IMG/VR virus record: IMGVR_UViG_3300045988_097954
Span: 1,532 to 65,531 of that record
Strand: one strand, 5' to 3'
DNA length: 64,000 bases
Source: a virus
The first letter of the stretch is position 1. Every line of letters begins with the position of its first letter. Positions 53,379-62,967 of the stretch are shown piece by piece. The position numbers and the translations under genes are program-made. The notes under the pieces were generated by a model. That model was not told where the DNA came from and searched no databases. It worked only from the letters and a program-made list of their open reading frames with translations.

Positions 53379-53891
53379 ATGAGTAAATTTATAAAAGGTG
53401 AACTAGTACAATACTGGTTTGGAAAAACAGTTGTTTTCTTAAACTATTGTATTGCTGGTGCAGAATGTATTGTTTATAACCCAAAACGTGATGTATTTGA
53501 AGTCCTCGACAGTAGAAGATTAAAACCTATTGACAGATATGGTTTCCATAGATATACAATCGATGTTGAAAATGGTATTGATTCAATAAAAGAAGAATAT
53601 AACTTTAAAATGTTTGATTTATATTTCAAGGCATTACCAATTGCAGAAAAACACTTAGCTCTGTTTAAATCTTTAGAAGGGTGTACATTAGATTTGTCTG
53701 ACAGCAAACTACAGGTTACCAATGTTACTATTGGAGAGAATGAGTCTCACGATTGGAAAGACTTAATTGAAATCACTGGTGTTAGAACACGTAATGACTG
53801 TAGTAAAAACTATTGTGCACCACTTAGTGTTTTAAACCCCAATAGTAAACTGTTGAGAAAAATGACTGAACAAACATGTGAGGACTTATGA
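53379..53891 (+). CDS. hypothetical protein
   Basis: RBS GGAGA. Confidence 0.5.
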   Translation: MSKFIKGELVQYWFGKTVVFLNYCIAGAECIVYNPKRDVFEVLDSRRLKPIDRYGFHRYTIDVENGIDSIKEEYNFKMFDLYFKALPIAEKHLALFKSLEGCTLDLSDSKLQVTNVTIGENESHDWKDLIEITGVRTRNDCSKNYCAPLSVLNPNSKLLRKMTEQTCEDL

Positions 53892-54118
53892 AAGAAAAGC
53901 ATATGAAGTACGGTGGAATCATTAAACTAATGGATAATGTCTACGGACATATATTGCCGCAAGATACATATGAAAAGGCACAAATGGAATTACAAAGATG
54001 TTGTATGAGATGTCGACCAATTTTAACTGAATATTGGGTCGGTGAAATTGCCGATGCAGGTTTGTATCATTATTTAGACCATTGGTTTTTAGATGAGTAT
54101 GGAGAGTGGGTGTTTTAA
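53888..54118 (+). CDS. hypothetical protein
   Basis: ATGA-coupled. Confidence 0.5.
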   Translation: MKEKHMKYGGIIKLMDNVYGHILPQDTYEKAQMELQRCCMRCRPILTEYWVGEIADAGLYHYLDHWFLDEYGEWVF

Positions 54119-54372
54119 TGCTGCAAAACACACAATACACCGTCCAATGGACTAACAGCTTAACAAATGAGTTGCATACACACGGAACTTATGATACAAT
54201 AGATTTGGCAATACAATCAATTTACGATTGGTGGGAAGAAAATGATTATACACCAAAGTATATGCGTGTGATAGACCACGGAGACCATCTCATGATTGAC
54301 TATGGGTTGCACTATTGCTTTTATTCCATTGTGAAAACAACAGATTGTGAAAACAACAGGAGGAACGAATGA
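54118..54372 (+). CDS. hypothetical protein
   Basis: TAATG coupling. Confidence 0.45.
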   Translation: MLQNTQYTVQWTNSLTNELHTHGTYDTIDLAIQSIYDWWEENDYTPKYMRVIDHGDHLMIDYGLHYCFYSIVKTTDCENNRRNE

Positions 54373-54710
54373 ATAAAGACCAAAGTCCATACCAACGAGT
54401 TCACGAAACGATGTCTACCATTGCAAAGGGCGTTGGGAAGAATACTAATGACATAACAGCAAACGATGAGTCCATAAAAGAGCTATGGGAAGCTCACAGA
54501 AATGTATTACATACGTTTGCAAAACTTAATGGCGTCCTCGATAGTAACACTGAATTACATAAATTGCATACGCAACGTATGGACAGACATCAAACACAAA
54601 TTCAAGAATTACAACAGGATATTAAACATACAAAACGAGTACTATTGGTGTACGTATGGTTTATTGCCGTAGTGAATCTTGGGTTCTTGCTATATGGCTT
54701 GTTTCAATAG
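54369..54710 (+). CDS. coiled-coil protein with C-terminal TM anchor
   Basis: C-terminal VLLVYVWFIAVVNLGFLLYGLF. Confidence 0.5.
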   Translation: MNKDQSPYQRVHETMSTIAKGVGKNTNDITANDESIKELWEAHRNVLHTFAKLNGVLDSNTELHKLHTQRMDRHQTQIQELQQDIKHTKRVLLVYVWFIAVVNLGFLLYGLFQ

Positions 54711-54719
54711 GGGGTACGT

Positions 54720-55061
54720 ATGTATTACTTAGACAAGTTTAAAAAGCATGGGTGGAACTCTTTAGAGCCATATGAGCAGAATATGTTGGCGGTCTCATGT
54801 TTTAGTGTTTATCCAATAGAAAAATTCTATAAAGATATTCTTGTCAACGAAGTGTTATACAAAAACTTTGGAACATATCATTTAATCCACCAGTCTGTAT
54901 CCATAGGGTTTTATTCTAAGACACATAAAACTATATATCATAAGCCTGATACAGATACATATTGGATGATAACGTGGCAAGAAGATAAATTCAGCGGATA
55001 TACTTATGAATTCGATTTGTATCAACTAGAGAGATATGCAGATGGTTTCAGAAGGGTGTAA
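54720..55061 (+). CDS. hypothetical protein
   Basis: RBS GGGGG. Confidence 0.5.
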   Translation: MYYLDKFKKHGWNSLEPYEQNMLAVSCFSVYPIEKFYKDILVNEVLYKNFGTYHLIHQSVSIGFYSKTHKTIYHKPDTDTYWMITWQEDKFSGYTYEFDLYQLERYADGFRRV

Positions 55062-55064
55062 CAT

Positions 55065-55400
55065 ATGAAAAGTACATGGGATATAGACAAGGGTTATCAG
55101 CCGCCGTTTGACCGCTTGTGTCAAAAAGTGAAAGAGCAAGAAAAAACTATTAAAGAATTAAACGAAAGAATTAATGCTTTAGAGTTTGTGTCAGGGAATC
55201 ATTCAGACAGCATGGTTACTGCTGTTAAAACAGAGTTGATGCTGTCAAGTTCTATCGACAGAATAAAACAGGATATTCAATATTTAAAGAAAACACAAGG
55301 TGTTCCGCTAAAGGCATACGATTGGTTATTAATTTTTGTTGTCCTTTCTGTGATATTCTGTTGGGTGATTATCCCTGCGTTTAGTCTTTGGTTTAAATAA
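55065..55400 (+). CDS. coiled-coil protein with C-terminal TM anchor
   Basis: C-terminal WLLIFVVLSVIFCWVIIPAFSLWF. Confidence 0.5.
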   Translation: MKSTWDIDKGYQPPFDRLCQKVKEQEKTIKELNERINALEFVSGNHSDSMVTAVKTELMLSSSIDRIKQDIQYLKKTQGVPLKAYDWLLIFVVLSVIFCWVIIPAFSLWFK

Positions 55401-55413
55401 CAGGAGAAAAGCT

Positions 55414-55596
55414 ATGATGTTTAAACATAATAAAAAATATATGTGTAAGCATTTGAATACTTGTAGTATTTGTGCTCCAGAAGGACACTTAAATAATTTA
55501 TTTGAAGAAGGCTGGCAATTCCATAGCGTATTTACTGCTGGTCTTGCCAATGGTGGTTCAGCCGAATACGTGATTTTGTACAAACAGGAGGATTAA
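55414..55596 (+). CDS. small hypothetical protein
   Basis: RBS ACAGGAGA. Confidence 0.45.
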   Translation: MMFKHNKKYMCKHLNTCSICAPEGHLNNLFEEGWQFHSVFTAGLANGGSAEYVILYKQED

Positions 55597-55802
55597 TGAG
55601 ACAAACAGTACAGACATTCTTCCCTGATAAAGACGATGGTCTTGAACAAAGTATAAACAATTTTCTTAAACTTGGGTGGCTTGTAGTTTCAATCGTTCCT
55701 TTTACCGCTAGTGATGGTCTCATGGCTTATACAGTTGTATTCCAAGAAAAGGAAGCCACAGGATATAAACTACAGGGCAAACAGGAGGATATATGCGAGT
55801 AG
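55596..55802 (+). CDS. small hypothetical protein
   Basis: RBS ACAGGAGG. Confidence 0.45.
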   Translation: MRQTVQTFFPDKDDGLEQSINNFLKLGWLVVSIVPFTASDGLMAYTVVFQEKEATGYKLQGKQEDICE

Positions 55803-56461
55803 AACTACAGAATTATACACCACTCAATACATCGGCTCATGCCATGGGTCAATGCTATGGTAAGACAGTAGATGAAAACGCATTGGTGCGTGCCATCCGT
55901 AGTGGACATTTGTCTCTTTTAGAGCATACAATCGTATCATTTGACATCGAAATGTCTCAAAAGTGTTTGGCTCAAATCACACGACACAGACATCTGTCAT
56001 TTACGGTCAAGTCAACACGTGGTACAGACTTTGGAGATGCATCATGGTTTAACAACACACAACATCCTGAGATTTCAAATGACATGGGTAAGCTGATGAA
56101 TAAGCTGGTGGAGAACCAAATTATCGAATACAGGCGTTTGATTCAATCAGGTGTTCCATATCAAGTTGCAGCATATGTACTACCATTGGGAACAAACGTA
56201 ACAATGACCGTGAGTGGCAACCTGAGGGCATGGATGGAGTATTTACCCAAGCGACTTTGCAAACGAGCATCTACAGAACACCAACAGATTGCACGTTTGA
56301 TTTTTGAACGCTTGAATTATTTGTATCCGTCTATTGTAAATTTAGAAATGCTTGGTATGTGCGTTGGATGCAAAGAAATCTCGTGTGACTTTACGTCTCA
56401 CAAGAAACAGCCAAAAGAACCAGTTATATTGGATTTAAAACAGGAGAAAACACATGAATAA
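55793..56461 (+). CDS. thyX: flavin-dependent thymidylate synthase ThyX
   Basis: ThyX signature ITRHRHLSFTVKSTRG (RHRxxSxxxxSxR). Confidence 0.85.
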   Translation: MRVELQNYTPLNTSAHAMGQCYGKTVDENALVRAIRSGHLSLLEHTIVSFDIEMSQKCLAQITRHRHLSFTVKSTRGTDFGDASWFNNTQHPEISNDMGKLMNKLVENQIIEYRRLIQSGVPYQVAAYVLPLGTNVTMTVSGNLRAWMEYLPKRLCKRASTEHQQIARLIFERLNYLYPSIVNLEMLGMCVGCKEISCDFTSHKKQPKEPVILDLKQEKTHE

Positions 56462-56693
56462 ATTAGTAGTTGGATTCGCAGCATTATTGGCAATTGTTTT
56501 AACCATTGGTGCTGTTGCCACAAAAATCGTATGGATTGCCACATTTGGTGCATTTGTATTGGCATTAATTGGTCTCTTTGGTGTCACAATGAGCGTGGCA
56601 TGGGGATTACTATGGTTTGCACTCAAGTTGACATTGGGCATGTTCATTTTGTTAGTCATTGGTAAAGTCGTTGGCGACAATATGAAAGCGTAA
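56454..56693 (+). CDS. small polytopic membrane protein
   Basis: 79 aa, almost entirely hydrophobic. Confidence 0.5.
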   Translation: MNKLVVGFAALLAIVLTIGAVATKIVWIATFGAFVLALIGLFGVTMSVAWGLLWFALKLTLGMFILLVIGKVVGDNMKA

Positions 56694-56697
56694 ACAT

Positions 56698-56904
56698 ATG
56701 GATAACAAGTTATATACCATCAGTATGCACGGCAATTTTTCAATCGAGAAAGACTTTGTGGCACAGTCTAAAGAAGATGCATACTCTTTAGCAGAAGAAT
56801 TTCTTGATGATTTATATCTAAACAGTATGAATTTTGATGACGACTTTGACTCAGTTATTTATAGCACAGTAGATATTGTATCAGAAATACAGGAGGATTT
56901 ATAA
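56698..56904 (+). CDS. small acidic protein
   Basis: 68 aa, Asp/Glu-rich. Confidence 0.45.
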   Translation: MDNKLYTISMHGNFSIEKDFVAQSKEDAYSLAEEFLDDLYLNSMNFDDDFDSVIYSTVDIVSEIQEDL

Positions 56905-57092
56905 TGCAAACATATGAAGTAGAAATTAGCGGTGAACTATTAGGTACGGTTCTTGTTGAAGCAGAGTCGGAAGAAGCTGCGGAACAATATATCAATAGCC
57001 TACCTCACGATGTAAGTATTAAAACTTTATTACAAATGGATTTAGATGCTGATGTTTCAAATATTGGTGTCGAATCTGTCAACGAGGAATAA
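56904..57092 (+). CDS. small acidic protein
   Basis: RBS ACAGGAGG; 62 aa. Confidence 0.45.
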   Translation: MQTYEVEISGELLGTVLVEAESEEAAEQYINSLPHDVSIKTLLQMDLDADVSNIGVESVNEE

Positions 57093-57094
57093 CA

Positions 57095-57535
57095 ATGGAT
57101 ATAAAAATACCGTTTCAACCAGGAGACATCATTCAACATAAAGACGGTGGTTGTGCCATTGTCAATCATGTGAATGAGCACTTGTGCCTAGTCGGATGCT
57201 TCAATAGCACCACAGCATATACCCTCGGTGAAGGAGACTTTGGAATATGGCATAAGATTGGCACATATGACTTAACCAATATTGCATCCGCCATCAAACA
57301 AGCTAAAGATGAATACATTGACATACAAACTCAAGTTAATATGGCACTTCAAATCATGGGTCATACATATGCTCATGCAGGCGACTCACGCAGAACTTTA
57401 ATTGGAGACACAATTTCTGTAAATAAAGAATTAAACAAAGTTTTTATTCAAGTGTATCCTGATATTGGAGACCCATATACGTCTGAGCCAGTATTAGATA
57501 TTATTAAAAGATTTGATATAAAAATTTCAAAATAA
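57095..57535 (+). CDS. hypothetical protein
   Basis: RBS GAGGA. Confidence 0.5.
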   Translation: MDIKIPFQPGDIIQHKDGGCAIVNHVNEHLCLVGCFNSTTAYTLGEGDFGIWHKIGTYDLTNIASAIKQAKDEYIDIQTQVNMALQIMGHTYAHAGDSRRTLIGDTISVNKELNKVFIQVYPDIGDPYTSEPVLDIIKRFDIKISK

Positions 57536-57538
57536 TTA

Positions 57539-57567
57539 TTGACACACAAAACCCCAGCTGATATAAT
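57539..57567 (+). promoter_or_regulatory. sigma-70 type promoter
   Basis: TTGACA-17-TATAAT. Confidence 0.65.
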
Positions 57568-57687
57568 GTAATCAATAGGTAGATATAACACCTGTTAGAC
57601 ATTCGATGTCATTAGACATCATATGTTGTAAAACATTAGATTATCTGGGGTTTTTAATACAAACGACTGAAAGGAGTAGGACAACAT

Positions 57688-57888
57688 ATGGAACTACCAG
57701 AGAAAGAATACAAGAGGTTCACTCGCAGTCTTAACAAAGGTCGAAAGTTACTAAATGGGATACAAAAGAAAAAGACTCTGACGGAAAACGACCGTAAGGA
57801 CTACTGGGAGAAACAATCAGAATTATTAAAAGAACCAACTTGTGCATGGTATTGCGCAATGGTTCGAGACATTATTTTAAGAAAGTAG
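57688..57888 (+). CDS. small basic protein
   Basis: RBS AAAGGAG. Confidence 0.5.
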   Translation: MELPEKEYKRFTRSLNKGRKLLNGIQKKKTLTENDRKDYWEKQSELLKEPTCAWYCAMVRDIILRK

Positions 57889-57896
57889 GAATCATT

Positions 57897-58211
57897 ATGT
57901 TATTTAAAATCAGTTTAGACACAAGTACACACTTTATTAGAAGTTTTTCTTTCGATGCACAGGCATCTAAGATTATTATTCTCGACAATGAACTTAGTGG
58001 AGTTTCTATTCCATTGAAAGTCTCAAGACATGAACCAGTGTTGTTATCTAAAATGTTTAATACAATGACTCACCAACTCATGGAAGAAGCCATTGAAACA
58101 AACAAAGGATATGTATACATCAATCTACGTACCTTCTTGGAAAATTACGAATCGGCACTTAAAGATACGCCTGTAAGAACCATGCGAAAACGTAAGGTAT
58201 ATGAGTTTTAG
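57897..58211 (+). CDS. hypothetical protein
   Basis: ATG 57897 follows AGGAA. Confidence 0.45.
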   Translation: MLFKISLDTSTHFIRSFSFDAQASKIIILDNELSGVSIPLKVSRHEPVLLSKMFNTMTHQLMEEAIETNKGYVYINLRTFLENYESALKDTPVRTMRKRKVYEF

Positions 58212-58223
58212 CGGAGGTGCATC

Positions 58224-58505
58224 ATGAGTAATTTACCAGAGTTTCTACAGGGCAAATCTTGTTTTGACGGTAGACCATCTCCGTCCGTATCAGAAGACTT
58301 CCTTAAAGAGTTCTATGCCAAAGAAAACGAACGCAAAAAACACATGAAGGTGTGTCCAGGGTGTGGTAAATGGTTTACACCAAAACGTTCAGACCAAGTA
58401 TATCACACAAATACATGTAAACAACAATACTTTAGCCGTTTATACCAACAACAAAAACAAGAATTAATTGATGAAGAATTAATCGCAGGAGGATGGGTTT
58501 TATGA
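58224..58505 (+). CDS. zinc-ribbon protein
   Basis: VCPGCGKWF...HTNTCKQQY. Confidence 0.5.
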   Translation: MSNLPEFLQGKSCFDGRPSPSVSEDFLKEFYAKENERKKHMKVCPGCGKWFTPKRSDQVYHTNTCKQQYFSRLYQQQKQELIDEELIAGGWVL

Positions 58506-58933
58506 CAGACAATCAAATTACAAAAGAAGAAATTATTGACGCCACAGCTAGCTATTATTTGACTTACTATATGAATAAAATTGCAACTAATATGGAGTCA
58601 AACAAAACCAAAGAACGAAATATTGTGCTACACCACTTGAGATATTCTATGTATAAATCGTTACTAAAAACTATTCAAGACCAGCATTTGTCGATTTATG
58701 GTTTACAACAACAGATTGCCGAATGGAAAACCATTCGTAAAATTAAAGATATTAAACTATTGTTGCCAAACGCCAATACAGAGGAACTAACGAAAGCTGA
58801 TTTACAGAATGTCCGTTTGTTAGTACGTGAGATAGACCAAATTGTAAAATTAGTAATAACTCAACTAACTAAGGTATTGGACAAATGCGATTCTTTGGTT
58901 GATAAACAAGAACCAACACAGGAGGATAACTAA
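58502..58933 (+). CDS. hypothetical protein
   Basis: ATG 58502 lies 9 nt after GCAGGAGG; ATGA coupling. Confidence 0.5.
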   Translation: MTDNQITKEEIIDATASYYLTYYMNKIATNMESNKTKERNIVLHHLRYSMYKSLLKTIQDQHLSIYGLQQQIAEWKTIRKIKDIKLLLPNANTEELTKADLQNVRLLVREIDQIVKLVITQLTKVLDKCDSLVDKQEPTQEDN

Positions 58934-59193
58934 TGGAAACGCAAGATTTAAACGAAATAATTAAACAACAGAACGAAATTATTGCGGTTAAAGACTCTAA
59001 GATTGAGATTCTGGAAGAACACATCGGTGAGCTAAAGAATAAAATCAGAAACCTCTCAGATGAAGTCTTTTGGCTTGAATACGATAAGTCTTACCGCCAA
59101 CAGGAATCAAAAGAATCTCATGACTGGTTCGGACTTGTTATGTTTATTGTTGCTCTAGGGGCAGTTATGGCAATGGTGATGTTATGTCGATAA
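58933..59193 (+). CDS. coiled-coil protein with C-terminal TM anchor
   Basis: C-terminal WFGLVMFIVALGAVMAMVML. Confidence 0.5.
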   Translation: METQDLNEIIKQQNEIIAVKDSKIEILEEHIGELKNKIRNLSDEVFWLEYDKSYRQQESKESHDWFGLVMFIVALGAVMAMVMLCR

Positions 59194-59627
59194 ACAATAA
59201 TAAAGATTTTTGGGATACAATGTTTAATGCCTTGTATAATACATCAGAACAAGATTGGAGTGACTTTGTGAAAACATTTGACGAGCAACATAAGAAAAAT
59301 ACAAATGTTATTCAATGGTTTTCTAAAGGATATATCTTTAAGGGCAACCAAAGATTACCTATTGATGAAAAACTATTGGTAAATAAATACATATGTTTTT
59401 ATATGAAAGAAAATACTCCAGATGCTGACAGCGGATATCTTATGTCTACTAAAGAGTTGCAAGCTTTGGGTGATTTCTTAGGCGAAAATCAAGATATTTT
59501 TACAGAAAACATGAATTCTCAAACTGCTGCACTTTATGTAGAATCCTTAGAGTGGCTACAAGGAGCACTAGATTTTGCAAATGCTGGTCTTGAAGTTTAT
59601 ATTAAGGTAATACAGGAGGTAAACTAA
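59184..59627 (+). CDS. hypothetical protein
   Basis: 147-aa ORF overlapping the upstream stop. Confidence 0.5.
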   Translation: MSINNNKDFWDTMFNALYNTSEQDWSDFVKTFDEQHKKNTNVIQWFSKGYIFKGNQRLPIDEKLLVNKYICFYMKENTPDADSGYLMSTKELQALGDFLGENQDIFTENMNSQTAALYVESLEWLQGALDFANAGLEVYIKVIQEVN

Positions 59628-60040
59628 TGTATATAACTAATGAAAAACAATGGTGTTGGACTACAGATTATACTTGTGGAGAACCACAGAATTCTATTGA
59701 AGATGCCATTAGAAACTTTTATGAATATGACTGCGATAACTTGGATTACCCCTTAGTAGAAATCGGTCATCCGACATATTATGTTCCACAAATGTTTGAT
59801 GCAGAAGCAATTATGTGGGATATGAATGATAAAATTGCAGAAGAATTTGATATTGATTTAAACGATGAATTAACGACAGACCAAGACTTAGAATTAGAGG
59901 ACTTATTACAACAGACTTTATATAAGTTCTTAAAACAACATAATTTACATGAGCGTGTATGGACTGTGTTTAAGTCTAAAGAATACAGACCAGAGGATTA
60001 CGGCATTAGTCGCACAGATTATGATTATTCACAGGAGTAA
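59627..60040 (+). CDS. hypothetical acidic protein
   Basis: RBS ACAGGAGG. Confidence 0.5.
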   Translation: MYITNEKQWCWTTDYTCGEPQNSIEDAIRNFYEYDCDNLDYPLVEIGHPTYYVPQMFDAEAIMWDMNDKIAEEFDIDLNDELTTDQDLELEDLLQQTLYKFLKQHNLHERVWTVFKSKEYRPEDYGISRTDYDYSQE

Positions 60041-60066
60041 CACCTGAGCAAGTAAGCACAAGGTTG

Positions 60067-60348
60067 ATGCAAGCAAGACCAATTGTAGAGCCTGAAATGA
60101 TTAAAACCTTAAAAACTCCCAAGGGTCTTATTAGAGTTGGTGACATCATTGTTTATAATATCACTAACAACGCAGCATATATCGGCACAGTCAATAATTT
60201 TGACAATAATAAAATCTATATTACAGATTCTTTACTAATCAGTATCCTGGATGGGATTAAGGTCTCTAGGGGAACTATATATAGTTGTTTTATAGATGAC
60301 ATAGATACTATTATACCAAAAACCAACGACCAAACTCCAAAAAATTAA
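60067..60348 (+). CDS. hypothetical protein
   Basis: Last ORF of the operon; weak RBS. Confidence 0.4.
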   Translation: MQARPIVEPEMIKTLKTPKGLIRVGDIIVYNITNNAAYIGTVNNFDNNKIYITDSLLISILDGIKVSRGTIYSCFIDDIDTIIPKTNDQTPKN

Positions 60349-60427
60349 AAACCAAAATTTAGAATTTAAGATTTCAAAAATAAGATTTAATACCATGGTT
60401 TTTTACCATATATTTCACCCCTAGGTG

Positions 60428-60456
60428 TTGACATATGTTTATAACTATGGTATTAT
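60428..60456 (+). promoter_or_regulatory. sigma-70 type promoter
   Basis: TTGACA-17-TATTAT. Confidence 0.6.
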
Positions 60457-60461
60457 ACTTG

Positions 60462-60689
60462 TAGACAACAGCTGTTTAGTGCTTTGGATGTGGTTGATAG
60501 TTCTTTTGTAGTCTTTAGTAGTCTTTTATAGGAGTATAGTTTTGTTTTTATGTGGATGTTCTGTATATGGTGTTTAGTGTCTATGGATAAACTGTTGCTG
60601 TTGTCTACACAAGAGACCACCTGAGTTTATCAAGCCGATGTATCGCCATATGCGGCATCATATATGATACTCCTGGTGGTCTTTTTTTG
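60462..60689 (+). ncRNA. candidate sRNA (about 230 nt), promoter-to-terminator unit without an ORF
   Basis: GTAGACAACAGC (60461-60472) pairs with GCTGTTGTCTAC (60597-60608), enclosing a G/T-rich repeat region. Ends in a hairpin plus T7. Confidence 0.4.
60614..60689 (+). terminator. terminator hairpin with large loop
   Basis: AGACCACC / GGTGGTCT stem followed by T7. The arms are homologous to the tRNA-operon terminator. Confidence 0.6.
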
Positions 60690-61023
60690 TTGATATACTT
60701 GTGTTCTTATATACAATTTCACGACCAGAGAATACATATGAATAATCGCACACGATGTTTTGTTTATGTTTATGTCATGAAGTCTATTGGTGAAACATGT
60801 GTTGTAATGTATATGCTTATTACTTACGACATCATAAGTCAAGAAAGAAAACATTGTTTTGTTATCATATGTCTTTTATAGATGACACCACGGACATCTA
60901 CCATAGAATAAAACACTTGTATTTACCCTGTGTGGTGTGTCTCTGGCTGTGCCAAGCCAAATATATCACCGTGGTATTTAACATACCATATAGACGACAT
61001 ATGTGAATTTTATTGGTATATCT

Positions 61024-61190
61024 CCACGGATTTTTATATATGTATATATACGTATGGATGTCCACGGTATTTTACATATGTATATACATATATCACACCG
61101 ATATTTTTACATTAATATATACATATGTCTCTCCACCGATATATACATATATACTTACATATATTTTGATATACATATGTATTATTTCAA
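61024..61190. repeat. four degenerate tandem AT-rich repeats (34-38 bp)
   Basis: Units begin CCACGGA 61024, CCACGGT 61062, CACCGAT 61096 and CCACCGAT 61133, each followed by T-rich and (TA)n/CATATG sequence. Confidence 0.6.
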
Positions 61191-61361
61191 GCCATTGTAT
61201 ATTGACCGCCAGCGTGTTCTCGTTGCGTTCTCAACTAGCCTGTAACCTACGAACAAATGTTCTGTTTAATACATTGAAAAATCTCGATATTGTAAATCGA
61301 AAGTTTTCTATCTTTATTATACTAAAGTATTCAATCTAATCGAAAACTTTAGATATACCGT

Positions 61362-61378
61362 CATAGCTTTAGACTATG
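61362..61378. promoter_or_regulatory. operator-like palindrome CATAG-N7-CTATG
   Basis: CATAGCTTTAGACTATG, 22 nt upstream of the promoter -35. Confidence 0.4.
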
Positions 61379-61399
61379 GCTAGCTATGCGTAAAAACTA

Positions 61400-61429
61400 T
61401 TGTACAAACTTTGGTATTCATGATATAAT
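61400..61429 (+). promoter_or_regulatory. sigma-70 type promoter
   Basis: TTGTAC-18-TATAAT. Confidence 0.5.
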
Positions 61430-61496
61430 GAGTGTAACGAAAGATGATAAATGTCTTTCGTGGGTCTTTTATAATTTTATACGGAGGGCGTTTTAT

Positions 61497-61763
61497 ATGG
61501 AATATACATATAGAACAATTCAAGATTATTTTTATAAGAATAATCTACACGCTAGCGACACTATCTATAATGACTTAGACAGTATAGCTTATGTCTTATG
61601 CGAAGTGCTAACGAGTCAAGAAAAAGCACGAGCAAGAAAAGCGGTTAAAAACGGCGGATTCTTTACATTTGGGTACAACGGTTTATACTGCTGTAATAGT
61701 CTTAAAAAATCAACTGTACAACGCTTTTTCAAAAAGAATTATAATCTTAGTTTAGAGGTGTAG
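61497..61763 (+). CDS. hypothetical early-type protein
   Basis: ATG 61497 follows GGAGGG. The upstream part of track ORF 61386 overlaps the promoter. Confidence 0.5.
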   Translation: MEYTYRTIQDYFYKNNLHASDTIYNDLDSIAYVLCEVLTSQEKARARKAVKNGGFFTFGYNGLYCCNSLKKSTVQRFFKKNYNLSLEV

Positions 61764-61766
61764 AAA

Positions 61767-61946
61767 ATGAGTAAAAATAATCAAATTACAGACAGCCTAA
61801 TTTATCTATTGGATACATGGTATGAAGAAGGTGAACTCACAGACTTCGACTATAAGAATTATACCACTATAGCGGAAGGCGGAACGCTTAGACAGAAAAA
61901 GGCTTTATGGTATGACTTAACGGGCTCAGATTTTGAATTTGAATAA
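61767..61946 (+). CDS. small acidic protein (59 aa)
   Basis: MSKNNQITDSLIYLLDTWYEEGELTDFDYKNY..; RBS GAGGTG; followed by a terminator; below the track cutoff. Confidence 0.5.
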   Translation: MSKNNQITDSLIYLLDTWYEEGELTDFDYKNYTTIAEGGTLRQKKALWYDLTGSDFEFE

Positions 61947-61955
61947 TTAGCAGTC

Positions 61956-61984
61956 GAGCGGTACTTATGTACCGCTCATTTTTT
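61956..61984 (+). terminator. rho-independent terminator
   Basis: GAGCGGTAC-TTAT-GTACCGCTC followed by ATTTTTT. Confidence 0.85.
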
Positions 61985-62785
61985 ATACCTAATTTTAGAT
62001 CTAAATTGTAAAACCATAGTTATTGACAATAGTTCTCAATAAAAAGTTTCTATATTTGCGTTATACGCTCGTTTTCACATGTTCCCCTAGGGTTTATACA
62101 CAATAGGGGCAAGCGTCCATACAAGCGAAAATGCGCAATTATAAGACATGCGGTTATTTGTGATTGAAAACGCTAATATATCCATGTAGACATATACATA
62201 TGTTTTGTATGCATGGAATAGACATGCATATATACCGCTGGGTATTTGAGAATTATTTTCATTTGTTCAAAATATGGTCTCCGCTGGCGGAGGTTATACA
62301 ATTTAGTTGTATACAATAGATATACACCTAAGATATATGTTAATGTGTTCATATGTTAATCATGATAAAAAACTCATGATTGAATACATGATGATATATT
62401 CATATGTATAAAACACTTGATATAATTCTATTGCGTGCCATATAGTTGTGTTGCCCAAACCTGCTGAAGTATATTTAAAATTTTCGATATCGAACAAGAA
62501 TGATAACATTTATCAATAACATATTGAATATTATAGATATACATTAGTATCTACTGTAGAAATACAAATACAGCACTTATGTTCATAGACAAAAGACATC
62601 TGCCGTATTCTCAATTAGCGAATACCCCTAGAATTACGTATTTTAAGTTATACGGCGTTTTTGTTCTTTTGCATACAATCATAAGGGGAAATCTTTAGAC
62701 ACGCCTTAAAACGCAAATAAATGAACGTCTTATTGAGAGACATTATCATTTACCCAGCATTTTCCATATTTTTTTTAGAAAAGAC

Positions 62786-62814
62786 TTGACATATCTATAG
62801 AACTGTGGTAATTA
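62786..62814 (+). promoter_or_regulatory. sigma-70 type promoter (extended -10)
   Basis: TTGACA-17-TAATTA with TGg immediately upstream. Confidence 0.55.
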
Positions 62815-62847
62815 TATATATTCATTTATATGTGGTGCTTTTTGCTA

Positions 62848-62865
62848 CCATAGCTTTAAACTATG
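62848..62865. promoter_or_regulatory. operator-like palindrome CCATAG-N7-CTATG
   Basis: CCATAGCTTTAAACTATG, followed by ATAG-ACAAAAA-CTAT at 62873-62887. Confidence 0.45.
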
Positions 62866-62967
62866 AGTACCCATAGACAAAAACTATTGGACGGAATACA
62901 AACGGTATGAGACAATGGACACAACAAAGGGGCTTGCCTTTGTGGTCTTATTCATAGGAGGTCTAAT

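Noticed and set aside
60630-61339. Track ORFs across the right-arm AT-rich repeats (60630-60854 minus; 60687-61339 plus)
   Set aside because: These are mutually overlapping frames full of Y/I/C/H encoded by (TA)n/CATATG repeats. None has an RBS. They are composition artefacts.
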